NCBI GenBank assembly: GCA_964408285.1
Contig: CAYOYV010000006.1
Location: 31,635 to 95,634 of the forward strand
Length of the DNA: 64,000 bases
From: an uncultured Nitrososphaerota archaeon
Lineage (GTDB): Archaea; Thermoproteota; EX4484-205; JAAOZO01
Reading direction: 5' to 3'
This document shows positions 47,973 through 58,351 of the stretch, one piece after another; within the stretch, counting starts at the first letter, position 1; the number at the start of each line of letters is the position of its first letter. The notes beneath the pieces were generated by a model. That model did no database searches. It worked only from the letters and a program-made list of their open reading frames with translations, and had not been told where the DNA came from. The translations under genes were made by a program, and so were the position numbers.

Positions 47973-48617
47973 TTAAGGAGTTTCCTCGGCAACTTCTTCC
48001 ACAGGATATTCGAAGGCAGAATATTGCTCCGGTAGAGTTCCGTCACGGGATATAGTGCCTCGGGATCTGTTTATCTCACGCGCGAGAATCCAGAAAATCA
48101 GAGCCAAGGATCTTCTGCCCTTGTTATTCACAGGTACAACAAAATCAATGTTTGAGCAGGAGTTGTCCGTATCGCAAAGGGCCATGACTGGCACTCTTAC
48201 AAGGGAAGCCTCAATGACAGCCTTCTCGTCCATCTTAGGATCAACTACCAATATCATGGAAGCCGGGGAGTAGTACCTGGTCATCGGATTGGAGAAGATG
48301 CCCGGTGGGAATCTCTTAGCTATCGATCTGATTCCTGTATATTCGGAGAACTTCTCAACAGGTTTGGTCCCATACTCCTTGCTCGATACCACAACCGTCT
48401 TCTGGGGGTCAGATCTTGCAAGGGCCTTTGCCGCAATCCTCAGGCGCGCATCCAATACCTCAAGGTCTATGAGGTTCAACCCATCAGCTGTTAGTATCTT
48501 CACGAATCTCCTCATCTCCTTCGTGGCAACTTTCGTCCCTATGTGAGCTGCCGCATAGAGATAGTCCGTGGCTGGGACAAGCAGATCTTTGCCGGGAGAA
48601 ATTGCGAATTCAGCCAT
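47973..48617 (-). CDS. rps2: 30S ribosomal protein S2
   Basis: AHIGTK, RFPPGIFSNP, ALCDTDN, PVNNKGRRSL. Confidence 0.96.
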   Translation of the reverse strand: MAEFAISPGKDLLVPATDYLYAAAHIGTKVATKEMRRFVKILTADGLNLIDLEVLDARLRIAAKALARSDPQKTVVVSSKEYGTKPVEKFSEYTGIRSIAKRFPPGIFSNPMTRYYSPASMILVVDPKMDEKAVIEASLVRVPVMALCDTDNSCSNIDFVVPVNNKGRRSLALIFWILAREINRSRGTISRDGTLPEQYSAFEYPVEEVAEETP

Positions 48618-48619
48618 TC

Positions 48620-48826
48620 TCACCGCTTCACCCCCTTCGTATAGGCCATGACCTCGTCAATGTACTCACAGGCCGTAATCAGCATCCTCCTGCAACAGAA
48701 CCTCTCAAGTCCCAAGGAATCCAGAACCCTCTCCGCATCTTCCCCACCCTTCACGCGCTTGACGAATTCATCATACTTGTCTCCGACCAGTTTCCCGCAT
48801 GTAAAACATCTAACAGGCACTATCAT
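48620..48826 (-). CDS. rpoN: RNA polymerase subunit Rpo10 (RpoN)
   Basis: [12 protein letters not shown]...RFCCRRM. Confidence 0.97.
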   Translation of the reverse strand: MIVPVRCFTCGKLVGDKYDEFVKRVKGGEDAERVLDSLGLERFCCRRMLITACEYIDEVMAYTKGVKR

Positions 48827-48831
48827 GCAAA

Positions 48832-49245
48832 TCACCTGTAACTCTTCTGGAATCTCCTCCTCGATCCCGGACCACCGAACTTCTTCGGTTCCTTTGTCCT
48901 CGGGTCACCGGAGAGTATATGTGGATCATAAGATGTCAGATCCTTCTTGATGGTGACGGATCTCGTCCACCTGGCTATTCCCCTCCCAAGCACTGTCATG
49001 ACTGCCCTTGCTTGCCCGGTCCATCCGCCACCCTTAACCTTCACTGAAACGTCCACCTCCTTGAATTTATCTGAAACGATCTTCAATGGAATGGATGCTA
49101 TTTCACTCTGCAATTTGGTTCCCCAGACCTCTATTGGCTGCGAGTTCACTAGGACCCTGCCAGTGCCGGGCCTGAACGTTGCCCTAGCCATAGCGGTCTT
49201 GATTCTGGCCGCGACGACTATTGGTAATTTTCTTGCCGGTGGCAT
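48832..49245 (-). CDS. rps9: 30S ribosomal protein S9
   Basis: [32 protein letters not shown]. Confidence 0.97.
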   Translation of the reverse strand: MPPARKLPIVVAARIKTAMARATFRPGTGRVLVNSQPIEVWGTKLQSEIASIPLKIVSDKFKEVDVSVKVKGGGWTGQARAVMTVLGRGIARWTRSVTIKKDLTSYDPHILSGDPRTKEPKKFGGPGSRRRFQKSYR

Positions 49246-49246
49246 C

Positions 49247-49702
49247 TCACGTGGTCACCCGCTCCTGCCTCCATCTTGAGAATCGAGATGCAAGCTCCCC
49301 AAGGGTTGTGTAATCACCACTAAGACGTGACACATCAGCATCCTCAAACCTCATCGGAGTTCCCTTTACTGAGGATGGGTGACCTATATATGACCTAAGA
49401 CGGGCGAGCGCGTCCATCCCCTTCCTCTTTCTCCTCGGGAGCATTCCCCTCACCATCTTCCTGAAGAGCATGTCTGGCCTCCTATAGTGTATCGGTCCAT
49501 ATCTCGGATTGATCAGACTTCCCTTCTCGAGGTACTCTTGGAATTTCTCCGCTAACTTCGCGGGCTTTCCGGAAAGAACAGCGTTCTCGATATTTATGAC
49601 ATCAACCCTGTTCCCCTGCAGCAGAAGCTTGGATATCCTACTCGCAAGTCTGCCCGCGATCTGATTCGAAGCATCAACGAGCTTCCTTTCGTTCTCAGAC
49701 AA
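49247..49702 (-). CDS. rpl13: 50S ribosomal protein L13
   Basis: VDASNQIAGRLAS, GPIHYRRPD, VRGMLP. Confidence 0.96.
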   Translation of the reverse strand: MSENERKLVDASNQIAGRLASRISKLLLQGNRVDVINIENAVLSGKPAKLAEKFQEYLEKGSLINPRYGPIHYRRPDMLFRKMVRGMLPRRKRKGMDALARLRSYIGHPSSVKGTPMRFEDADVSRLSGDYTTLGELASRFSRWRQERVTT

Positions 49703-50048
49703 TTATCTTCACCCCTTTGCCCTTTGGATTTGCCTGAATGAGCTGCTCAATGGTGAGCGCCTTTCCACCTGCCTCTGTTATTCCCTTCACGGCACTCACC
49801 GAAAATGAGAATGCTGCCACCTGTGTGGCGTGTTCAAGCTTCCCCGAGCCAAGCACCTTTCCCGGCACAAGTATCTGATCACCGGCCGATGACAATCTTG
49901 ATATCTTCGATAGATTCACAGCTGGAATGTCCTTCCTTGGGAGGATCATGTATTTGGAGACCACTTTCCAGATCCCACCCCCCTTTGAGTGCTTCTTCGC
50001 GAGCAAATGAGCACTCCATCTCCTTCGGGAGAGCTTCCTATTACTCAA
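49695..50048 (-). CDS. rpl18e: 50S ribosomal protein L18e
   Basis: VNLSKI, VPGKVLGSG, AAFSFS, NPKG. Confidence 0.95.
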   Translation of the reverse strand: MSNRKLSRRRWSAHLLAKKHSKGGGIWKVVSKYMILPRKDIPAVNLSKISRLSSAGDQILVPGKVLGSGKLEHATQVAAFSFSVSAVKGITEAGGKALTIEQLIQANPKGKGVKIIV

Positions 50049-50859
50049 CTGCCTCCACGCCTTCCTCGAGCTTTTCCCTGATGTTATTGAACTTTTCTCC
50101 CATTATTGTGAGCGCTTCATCAAGTATTCGCCCGGACGGGATGGCACCGGTTGACTCAATTGAGAATACAACACTATTCTGAGAGAGGGCCAGTTTCGCG
50201 GCAGGCGGATCTTGAGGACACGCCTTCACGCACTCATCGCATTGAGTACATAGCTCTGGGTCAACTATGGCCGTCTTGTCTTCGCTCATTGTGACTGCCT
50301 TCTTAGGACATGCCTCAACACATTTCGCGCATTGATCGCACCTTTCAAGATCTATCTCCAAGACCGGCTGAAACCTATAGAATACCGTTGAAACTGGCTG
50401 AAACTTTGCATGTTTCCTTCCATTTCCGAGAACCGCATACGCCTCCAGCTTGATTCTCTGATTTGGCCCGATCTTAGTGATTGGTATCTTATCTGTAACT
50501 GGCTTGACCTCCTCATCATCGCTTGTTAGGTTCCCCGAAGTCAGGTTCTTGATCTCCTCTGAAGCCATGATGTCCAATGAAAGGGTGGCTCTGCACTTCT
50601 GATCTTCCCTCTTTTTCTCGCAATTCTCAGGGAAGACATACTTGTCCTTCGGGGTCGTAAGGGGAACAAGGCCCAAAATATGCGCGATCTGCTCGTCGCT
50701 CATAGGGCTTCCATTCTCGTCCACCACTACATCCTCTATCGCCAACGTCGGCACCTCTGAAAGAATCGTCCTCCTGAGGCAATTTACAAGCGAAGGAGTG
50801 GTTCCACTCCACTTGAAACTCATCTTCTCATCCGACAAAGAAGTAATCGCAATTTCCAT
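50041..50859 (-). CDS. rpoD: RNA polymerase subunit Rpo3 (RpoD) with ferredoxin-like domain
   Basis: NCLRRTILSEVPTLAI, GRKHAKFQP, two CxxCxxCxxxCP motifs. Confidence 0.96.
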   Translation of the reverse strand: MEIAITSLSDEKMSFKWSGTTPSLVNCLRRTILSEVPTLAIEDVVVDENGSPMSDEQIAHILGLVPLTTPKDKYVFPENCEKKREDQKCRATLSLDIMASEEIKNLTSGNLTSDDEEVKPVTDKIPITKIGPNQRIKLEAYAVLGNGRKHAKFQPVSTVFYRFQPVLEIDLERCDQCAKCVEACPKKAVTMSEDKTAIVDPELCTQCDECVKACPQDPPAAKLALSQNSVVFSIESTGAIPSGRILDEALTIMGEKFNNIREKLEEGVEAVE

Positions 50860-51013
50860 GGGAACGGCTAATCTCTTGAAAACTCGTTATAAATCTTCGC
50901 TGTCTAAGCGGGCGTAAGAAGAAGGGATGCCCGAACCATTGCCGCGAATTCTGTGATTCATGAGGGCTCCCTCGAATCCTTTTCTTCCGGCAACCAGGTA
51001 GGCGCATGCGACG

Positions 51014-51679
51014 TTACTCGATTGCCTTGAGGAATTGAGTTACCATTTCAGCTACATTCTCGTTCGACCTAATCCCAGTCCAAGGGTCCTCGGAAGTCAC
51101 AATGTTAACCATGACGATGTTGGCACCATTGAAGACAGCACTTCTCGCCTCCTTCAGATCAACGCCTCCGGCTGCAGAAATGAGGACGTCATACTTGCTC
51201 CTTATCTTGTTTATCTGCCTGTACTTTATCGCCTTGCCCCTTGTCGTTTCCTCATCCCTCCCCCGATGCAGAACCACAACCCTAGGCGGCTTTTTCAGAC
51301 TCCTCAATATCCTGAGGGGCTCTTCAACACCAATCATGTCTATCATCGAGTCTAAGCCGTGTTCATTGCAGGTTTTTATGAAGAGGTCTACGGTTTCAAT
51401 CGGAGAAGCGCCCAAGACTGTCGCTGCAGAGGCCCCAGCTTCATAGGCAAGTTCAACTTCCTCCAATGCACCATCCATCGACTTGAGATCCGCAACTACC
51501 TTCCCGCCCCAAAGAGCCCCGATTTTCATTATTCCACGGGTGCCCTCCCTCTTCACGAACGGCGTCCCAGCCTCAATGAGCACCCTGTCGTTTCTCGGTA
51601 TAGTCGGGAGAATTCTCTCTACTGACGATAGATCATCGTTGAAGGCTACCTGTAGGTACCGGGTCTTTTCATCCAGCAT
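51014..51679 (-). CDS. 3-hexulose-6-phosphate synthase/OMP decarboxylase-superfamily protein
   Basis: YLQVAF, IEAGTPFVK, ADLKSMD, LHRGRD, AAGGV. Confidence 0.75.
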   Translation of the reverse strand: MLDEKTRYLQVAFNDDLSSVERILPTIPRNDRVLIEAGTPFVKREGTRGIMKIGALWGGKVVADLKSMDGALEEVELAYEAGASAATVLGASPIETVDLFIKTCNEHGLDSMIDMIGVEEPLRILRSLKKPPRVVVLHRGRDEETTRGKAIKYRQINKIRSKYDVLISAAGGVDLKEARSAVFNGANIVMVNIVTSEDPWTGIRSNENVAEMVTQFLKAIE

Positions 51680-51689
51680 CCGTCATCGC

Positions 51690-52463
51690 CTACTCCGCGG
51701 TGAATTTCTTCAACATCTCCTTTATATCTGATGGAAGGAAGAGAACTATCTTCTCCGAAGGGTCTGCAGCGATGTCCCTTATGGTCTGCAGGGTCCTCAG
51801 GTGAACTGCAATTGGACTTTTTGCAAGATTCTCCGCAGCCTTCTTCAGGTCCTCTGAGGAAGTCAACTCGCCTTCGGCTGCTATGATCATAGCCCTCCTC
51901 TCCCTTTCCGCCTCTGCTTGCTTCGCAATGGCCCGCTTCATCTCTGCAGGGAGTTCGATCTCCTGCATCTTTATTGAAGCGATGTCTATGCCCCAGCCAG
52001 AAGTCTCGGCATCTACTATCTCCTTTATGCTCCCAGCTATTTTTTCCCTTTCTGTCAGAACCATGTCGAGTTCAGAATTCCCGATGACGTCTCTCAAGGC
52101 TGTCTGCGTGTATTGCCTGACTGCGTATTCAAAGTTCTCTATCTTTATCACTGCATCCTCTGCTCTCTCGACCCTGTAGTATACGACGGCGTTCACGAGA
52201 ACGGAGATGTTGTCCCTGGTCATGACCTCTTGGCGAGGAATATCTACAGTCCTGATCCTCATGTCAACGGTCCTAATTTCCTCCAATATAGGAACGAAAT
52301 AGATCACACCTGGGCCAGAGACTCCTTTGAACCGGCCAAGCCTGAATACCACTGCCCTCTGATATTCCAGAAGAATTCTAAGCCCGGTCAACAGAAAAGC
52401 AGCTATGAGTGCCAGTGGAATCAAGAATAACCAAGTTAAATCCAACCGATTCTCACCTCTCAA
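51690..52463 (-). CDS. SPFH/stomatin-family protein
   Basis: EYQRAVVFRLGR, QEVMTRDN, QAEAERERRA, LRTLQT. Confidence 0.95.
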   Translation of the reverse strand: MRGENRLDLTWLFLIPLALIAAFLLTGLRILLEYQRAVVFRLGRFKGVSGPGVIYFVPILEEIRTVDMRIRTVDIPRQEVMTRDNISVLVNAVVYYRVERAEDAVIKIENFEYAVRQYTQTALRDVIGNSELDMVLTEREKIAGSIKEIVDAETSGWGIDIASIKMQEIELPAEMKRAIAKQAEAERERRAMIIAAEGELTSSEDLKKAAENLAKSPIAVHLRTLQTIRDIAADPSEKIVLFLPSDIKEMLKKFTAE

Positions 52464-52597
52464 CCGAGATTGAGCTCTCTGCTTTTAGGTCTTATGCAGA
52501 TAGACCATATACAGAATCATACAAGCTCGTCGGGGTCGAAGTTAGCTCGTACAGACACGTTTCATAGAGGTTTTGCTAGATTCCTCATGCTAGCCTC

Positions 52598-53212
52598 CTA
52601 AGCGTGCTTGAGATCAAGCGTCTCTGGGATACCCCCTCGGAAACCATATCGGTTTACGTGAACGAACTCCCGTAAGGTCCTTCTTCTCCTTCTCGGATAG
52701 GAAGGGCTCTCTGCTGGAAAACCAATAGGCATTATGGCCACTGGCTTGAAATGCCCTGGTGCGCCCAACAATGGGTTCAGGAATTCCATTTCACCCGGGG
52801 TGTAGGTCAGGCACCCTAACCCCTGTTCCGTTGCTGTCAATGTGATATATCCTATCGCTATCCAGACAGACTCCAACCAGTAAGGAGCCGTGCAATCCCC
52901 GAAGATACACAACAACAATGGGGCAGATGTCAGGAAATCCTTCTCCGGTGAAATGCCGGCCCCCTTTGCCCAGACCTTGAACCAATGAGGAGCTTGTTGC
53001 CTCCATTCTCGGTCGGCCTCCTCGGATTTCTCCCTTATTCGCGATTTGAGGCCTCGGTCATCGACTACTATCATCAATAATGGTTGTCTGTCAGCTCCGG
53101 AGGGAGCGAATCTACCCGCCTCTAGAATCGCAAGAAGCTTCTCTTCCGGGATTCTTCTGGTCTTGAATTTCCTAACGCTACGTCTCTTTCGGATAAGATT
53201 CAGAACATCCAT
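52598..53212 (-). CDS. nitroreductase-family protein
   Basis: RRSVRKF, APSGADRQP, PIGFP. Confidence 0.9.
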   Translation of the reverse strand: MDVLNLIRKRRSVRKFKTRRIPEEKLLAILEAGRFAPSGADRQPLLMIVVDDRGLKSRIREKSEEADREWRQQAPHWFKVWAKGAGISPEKDFLTSAPLLLCIFGDCTAPYWLESVWIAIGYITLTATEQGLGCLTYTPGEMEFLNPLLGAPGHFKPVAIMPIGFPAESPSYPRRRRRTLREFVHVNRYGFRGGIPETLDLKHA

Positions 53213-53237
53213 GACCCTCTCATGTTCGGCAGCATAT

Positions 53238-53870
53238 TCAAGCTTTTGGAGGATCAGGAGCTGGACTCCTCTCCATTTCACCCGGTTTGGATTCCGGGCC
53301 GATCAAAATTGGGATGAGTGTAGAACAGATCTGAGCCAAGCGCGCGACCTCATTCGCGGAATTCGAATGTTGGTTTCCAGTCTGTCTGGTCATTTCTCTT
53401 CTTGAGACCAGATACTGCACGCACCCAACAACAATCCCGGCTGTAACAGCTAATATCATCGCAATCGCGAAGAACCTCAGGTCGAGGACGAATCCAATAC
53501 TTGCCTGTTCCATGCTAGTGATTCTTGACACGTACCCGATCGAGCTGATATCTCCCAATCCTATGAGCAACACGAATATCAAGAGAGAGGACAGGGATGA
53601 GATAGTTTTGGCAACGAGATTCGTTAATGAGGACGATTCGGTCAGATCTGCTATCAATGAGGCGACCGCTATTACAGCTCCGGCGATTGCGATGGAAACA
53701 GGAATCCCACTTATGTCGATATTGGCCATCTTCTTTAGCAGATTCATCATTTCGAGCATTGTGTCGTTTTGTTGGATGAAATGGGACAGGACCAATGGAA
53801 GGATAACGAGGAGTCCTGCATGGAAAATGAACGCCATAGACGCGATTAGTATTTTCTTTTTCGAGACCAT
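53238..53870 (-). CDS. hypothetical 4-TM membrane protein
   Basis: Four hydrophobic segments; operonic with 53874..54329. Confidence 0.65.
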   Translation of the reverse strand: MVSKKKILIASMAFIFHAGLLVILPLVLSHFIQQNDTMLEMMNLLKKMANIDISGIPVSIAIAGAVIAVASLIADLTESSSLTNLVAKTISSLSSLLIFVLLIGLGDISSIGYVSRITSMEQASIGFVLDLRFFAIAMILAVTAGIVVGCVQYLVSRREMTRQTGNQHSNSANEVARLAQICSTLIPILIGPESKPGEMERSPAPDPPKA

Positions 53871-53873
53871 CTT

Positions 53874-54329
53874 CTATCCCACCTTGAACGGAAAAGGCAC
53901 AGACACTGAGAAACCGACCAGGTCAAAGAAAGTTCTGATCTCGAGTTGAATTTCTGCCTTGTCTATTCTCTCCGCGAGCGAACTCGGAATGTTGAGCGAC
54001 AACGAAAAGGATTCGACCGCTCCTGGCATTATCCGTTTCCTGTCGGATACTTCGCCTAGGGATTCTCCCCCGGAGCCGCGGAGTATCACCTTGAATCCCG
54101 GAAGGATGTCAAGGGGTCCATCATTGCGAAGTTGCCAAGTGATGGTGCCATTGAATCCGCCGTCTGCAGTTGCACCTCCCGAAAGTCGAAATGGCCCCCC
54201 AGGCGAGGAGGCCGTTGCCTGAGCTACTCTCAATATTGTGAAAATGCTAAGGCCAAAAGCCACCAGCACGCCGATCTCAGCCAACGCCATGAGAAGGCTA
54301 AGGGTTTGAAGTACAGTTTTCGCTCTCAT
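53874..54329 (-). CDS. hypothetical membrane-anchored protein with a probable Ig-like/LEA2-like beta domain
   Basis: N-terminal TM helix, then a beta-rich region containing LRNDGPLDI. Confidence 0.6.
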   Translation of the reverse strand: MRAKTVLQTLSLLMALAEIGVLVAFGLSIFTILRVAQATASSPGGPFRLSGGATADGGFNGTITWQLRNDGPLDILPGFKVILRGSGGESLGEVSDRKRIMPGAVESFSLSLNIPSSLAERIDKAEIQLEIRTFFDLVGFSVSVPFPFKVG

Positions 54330-54509
54330 CTCAATTCGCGGCAGAAGGACTAGAACTGAATTTAAGGCTTAGTAGTGCGTTATATTTCAGGATGGCAATG
54401 GTCTCTAACTTGATCAAGGGAAGCCTATTGAGGCGAACCTGTGCAGAAGAAGAACGAGAAACGCGGAAAACGCTTATTTGAGGCATTGAGCGGCAGATGC
54501 TAATGTGCC

Positions 54510-54974
54510 ATGACTCCAAAGGACCTTAAGGATTACCTAAGTAGGATGGATGTAGAAGCGCGATTCTTCGGATTCGAGGAACACACAATTACCGTCGATG
54601 CAGCTGTCCGGCGTCTGGGTGTGAGCCGAGAGAGAATAATCAAGAGTATTCTCTTCGTTGACGATCGTGGTTTGCCGCTTCTAGGCATAGTGACTGGGGA
54701 TAGGAGGGTAAGTGAGAAAAAGCTTGCGGCAGTCTGCGGAGCCAAGAGGATCAGAAGGGCAGATCCTGATGAAGTGAAGAGGTTTACCGGTTATGACGTT
54801 GGCGCCGTTCCCCCAGTCGGTCATAGGACGCATATACGCACGTTCCTCGATGAGAAAGTCGTGGGCCTCAATTGCGTCATTGGGGGCGGAGGACAGATCA
54901 ACGTACTCCTTGAAATGAAAAGTGCTGACATTAAACGGCTAACAAATGGCGAAGTCAGATACATAAGTGAATGA
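54510..54974 (+). CDS. YbaK/EbsC aminoacyl-tRNA deacylase family
   Basis: IIKSIL, TGYDVGAVPPVG, GGGG. Confidence 0.9.
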   Translation: MTPKDLKDYLSRMDVEARFFGFEEHTITVDAAVRRLGVSRERIIKSILFVDDRGLPLLGIVTGDRRVSEKKLAAVCGAKRIRRADPDEVKRFTGYDVGAVPPVGHRTHIRTFLDEKVVGLNCVIGGGGQINVLLEMKSADIKRLTNGEVRYISE

Positions 54975-55001
54975 AAGACCCCAAAGTGCGTGGCAATACA
55001 A

Positions 55002-56474
55002 TCATTTTCGTGCTCCTTCCCCGAACATTAGAGAGTGCACATTGCGGTATGCTGGTTTCGGGTGGCCGTTTTCATCCAGCAATCCTGCATGAGGTATGAA
55101 AGCCCTTTCGTCATCGAAATCCCACCAGTTCAATAGCTTCACCTGTGGGCGGCTGGCAGCTGATGTGTACCAATACTCCACCCACTTTGCTTGTCGTTCA
55201 GGTGTCCAGGGTCCCCGCCAACCGACATAGGGGTCGATTCGCCCTGTGCGTGTCTCCTCCCTTCCCCGAGGATCCGATGGCGTACCCATCTCCGTTATAT
55301 ATATCTCCTTGCCGAAAGTCAGATATCTATCTAGATGTTGAACGCACTCCATCAGGTCCCGATGTGGGTCGTAATACTGCAGACCGATTCCCTCAAACTC
55401 AATGCCTGCCGCTTTGACGTCTTCCAGATAGGTCAGCGGGCACCAAGGACCTCCACTTGTTCCCTTCTGCAAATATTCTCCCCAGATGCAGCAATGATTG
55501 ATCACTCTGGGAATTTGAGGGTCCAAGTCGCCGACCAAATCACTCACGAACTTGGTTAGATTCAATGCCTGTTCATGGGACAAGCGGGATGGATTCGCGA
55601 ACCCCCAATCGTGCATTTCGTTGACGATCTCCCAGGCAGCGATACGGCCCCTGTAGCGACTGACGAGATCTGTGGTCCAATTTTCCAATGCCTGCATTTT
55701 CTCGTCGAAATTCAAGTTCCTGAACCAAGGAGGAGTCCCGCCGATTCCTCCCCAATATATGGCGAAGGACTTGACCTTCATCTCATGCCGTTGGGAGAAT
55801 TCAATGATCTTGTCAAGTGGCTCCCATCGGTATTGGCCCCGTTCGTATTCTATCCACCGCCAGAAGTTCGGTAGGATAGTACCGTTACAGAGCCGAGCAA
55901 CAAGATCCCATTGAGCCGCAGGTCTCAGGAAATCCGGCCTCTGATCGCCTGGCCAATCAGGGCCAACTCCTATGGCCCATCGTCCCAATCGCTCACCAAA
56001 CAAGGGGGCAGAGATCAAGGGGAGGGGATGGCTGGTTCGATCTCTGGTTTGAAGCAGGATTTGCGCATGTCGGAATTCGATCTCCTCACCTGCGACCAAG
56101 GCGACGGCCAGGGCCTTCATCGGATTTCCTGCGTCTAGATGTTTCTTGGCGTCCTGCAGGTTTGGTTTCAAGCCAAAAGTGTCAGCCCTGCTTTCACAAT
56201 TGGCAATCCGGCTCAAAGCCGTGTCATGGGCTAGGGAAACATTGCCCCCGGCATACCCGATTCCCTGGTTATCTGCAGTGGCCCAAGTGTAGCCGAAGCC
56301 AGGAACCGCTAGAAGAGCATGGATTGCGGTGGGCATTTCGTCAGGTAACTCCACAATGCAGGTTCCACCATCCCATTCTAGCGGTAGTTGCCTAGGTCGG
56401 TGGCGCAAGTCAGTAAAGTAGAGTTCAACCGGATTCGAGTGTTTTATGATTAGTTTGCTCGCCATGCATAGCAC
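55002..56474 (-). CDS. glycoside hydrolase family 10-like protein
   Basis: WEIVNE acid/base motif, GIGLQ, IYITE nucleophile motif, GLLDENGHPKPAY. Confidence 0.8.
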   Translation of the reverse strand: MLCMASKLIIKHSNPVELYFTDLRHRPRQLPLEWDGGTCIVELPDEMPTAIHALLAVPGFGYTWATADNQGIGYAGGNVSLAHDTALSRIANCESRADTFGLKPNLQDAKKHLDAGNPMKALAVALVAGEEIEFRHAQILLQTRDRTSHPLPLISAPLFGERLGRWAIGVGPDWPGDQRPDFLRPAAQWDLVARLCNGTILPNFWRWIEYERGQYRWEPLDKIIEFSQRHEMKVKSFAIYWGGIGGTPPWFRNLNFDEKMQALENWTTDLVSRYRGRIAAWEIVNEMHDWGFANPSRLSHEQALNLTKFVSDLVGDLDPQIPRVINHCCIWGEYLQKGTSGGPWCPLTYLEDVKAAGIEFEGIGLQYYDPHRDLMECVQHLDRYLTFGKEIYITEMGTPSDPRGREETRTGRIDPYVGWRGPWTPERQAKWVEYWYTSAASRPQVKLLNWWDFDDERAFIPHAGLLDENGHPKPAYRNVHSLMFGEGARK

Positions 56475-56576
56475 CTTCCCTTGGCAATTCTCTCACAGGC
56501 CAGGATATGGCATTATCTCCTTGCGCGCAACCTGTGCGAAAATCGGCTGCAATGGGAGTGGACAAAGCCATCAATG

Positions 56577-57212
56577 TCAGGCCATTGGCACCGTCCGACC
56601 GTACTTTCCTTGGTACCTTATCTGATGAAGAGATTTCCGGGCAGGAGCCTCCGGAATATTAGCTGGGTATCCTATGGGCAGAATCGCCATGATTTTAATG
56701 TCCTCGGGTATCTCAAGCAGATTTTCAAGATCCTTCAAGAGGTGCTCGTGTTCGGGCCTGTTGAAGTCTATGTAGACAGATCCCAATCCAAGGGAATGAG
56801 CCATCAGGAGCATATTCTGAATGGCTACGGCACAATCCATGAAATGCGTCCTCATCCGATATGACTCCTTGATCGCTGCACAAATCGCTATTGAGACTGG
56901 GGCGACGAAGAAGATGTTTTTGTAATAGTCGGCCTCAATCCTCTCCTTCAAGGTGGCAAAGCGAGGACTGTCTGCAGGTATCTCCCTTAGTCCCTCTGCA
57001 ATGATCTCTTGATAGATCTGACCTATCTTCTCCCTCGGCTTAGCGTCCTTGATGACTATGAATCTCCAAGGTTGCCGATTTCCGGCAGATGGAGCCCATC
57101 TTCCAGCCTCAATGATAGCGTCGACTAGTTCGTTCGGAACTTCACCAGATCTGAAACTTCGTATGGATCTTCTATTCTTGATGAGATTCAACAAGGATGA
57201 AGCTTTTTCCAT
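56577..57212 (-). CDS. nitroreductase-family protein
   Basis: RRSIRSF, APSAGNRQPW, QNMLLMAHSLGLGS. Confidence 0.92.
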   Translation of the reverse strand: MEKASSLLNLIKNRRSIRSFRSGEVPNELVDAIIEAGRWAPSAGNRQPWRFIVIKDAKPREKIGQIYQEIIAEGLREIPADSPRFATLKERIEADYYKNIFFVAPVSIAICAAIKESYRMRTHFMDCAVAIQNMLLMAHSLGLGSVYIDFNRPEHEHLLKDLENLLEIPEDIKIMAILPIGYPANIPEAPARKSLHQIRYQGKYGRTVPMA

Positions 57213-57405
57213 TTTCAGCCCCCAATTCCATTGGGTATTCTTCAGTATATTATGTTTGACGCGTGCGATGGATCAGTAGACACATTTGGTTCCAGGGGAC
57301 AAAAAGAATAACATGCTCCGCGCTAGAAGTATTTCCTTTGGCCTGGCAGTGCACTCGCGGAGAAGACCAACATCTATTTAAGACCAATATCGCGTAATCG
57401 ATCCC

Positions 57406-58260
57406 GTGACTCAAGTCGTCAGGAGATATTATGACGAGCACGCTGAGCAAGAGTGGGCAAGGCTCACTCAGGATCCGTATCACATGTTGGAGTTTCTCGT
57501 CACGACCCATTACCTGGAAAGATATCTGCCAAAAACGGGCGGCCTGATACTTGACGCTGGGGGCGGGCCAGGCAGATACACGATATACCTTGCTAGTAGA
57601 AATTACGATGTTGTCTTGCTGGACCTTTCTGCCGGTTGCCTGGAGATAGCTAAAAGGGAAATCAAGAAGGAAGGGATTGGAAAGCACGTAAAGAAAATCG
57701 TCGAGGGCTCCATTGTGAATATGGCAGAATTCGATAATGATGCTTTCGACGCGGTGCTCTGTCTCGGTCCACTCTCCCATCTGCTCGATAGAACAGCGAG
57801 GGAAAAAGCAGCCGCGGAACTCGTAAGAGTTTCGAAAATGGACGCTCCTATATTCGCCTCCGCATTCAGCAGATACGGGGTATTCCGAGCTTTTTTGGAG
57901 ATTGTCCCCGATGAGATACTCGATCCATCCCACAACGAGCTTTTTGACTTCGGCATTCACCGCGGGCATCCTACTCCTCATAAGGGCGGGCACGGGTTCT
58001 CAACAGTAGATGCGTACTTCTTCCTTCCTGCCGAATTCAAGAGCCTGTTCGAGAGCGCGGGTGTTAGGACTTTGGAGATGGCGTCTTGTGAGGGATTATC
58101 ATCTAGGCTTGAAGAGGAGACGAACAGATTGTACGAAAACAAGAAAAAGTGGAATAAATGGGTGGATCTAGTTCTTCGAACGTGCAATGACCCAACGATA
58201 CTTGGAATGGCTGATCATATATTATATGTTGGTAGAAAGGGCCGAGATACTGGAACATGA
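57406..58260 (+). CDS. class I SAM-dependent methyltransferase
   Basis: ILDAGGGPGRY, FDAVLCLGPLSH. Confidence 0.9.
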   Translation: MTQVVRRYYDEHAEQEWARLTQDPYHMLEFLVTTHYLERYLPKTGGLILDAGGGPGRYTIYLASRNYDVVLLDLSAGCLEIAKREIKKEGIGKHVKKIVEGSIVNMAEFDNDAFDAVLCLGPLSHLLDRTAREKAAAELVRVSKMDAPIFASAFSRYGVFRAFLEIVPDEILDPSHNELFDFGIHRGHPTPHKGGHGFSTVDAYFFLPAEFKSLFESAGVRTLEMASCEGLSSRLEEETNRLYENKKKWNKWVDLVLRTCNDPTILGMADHILYVGRKGRDTGT

Positions 58261-58351
58261 GCCGATTTTCCTTTCCATCTTTCCTCGGGCGCGTTATCTA
58301 GCCGACGCAAGCGATTTATGCCCGTCTATTGTAAGTGCATCAGGTGATACG

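Noticed and set aside
57250-57993. Long antisense ORFs such as 57250..57993, 19247..20104 and 8416..8991
   Set aside because: They shadow well-supported genes on the opposite strand and have no recognisable motifs
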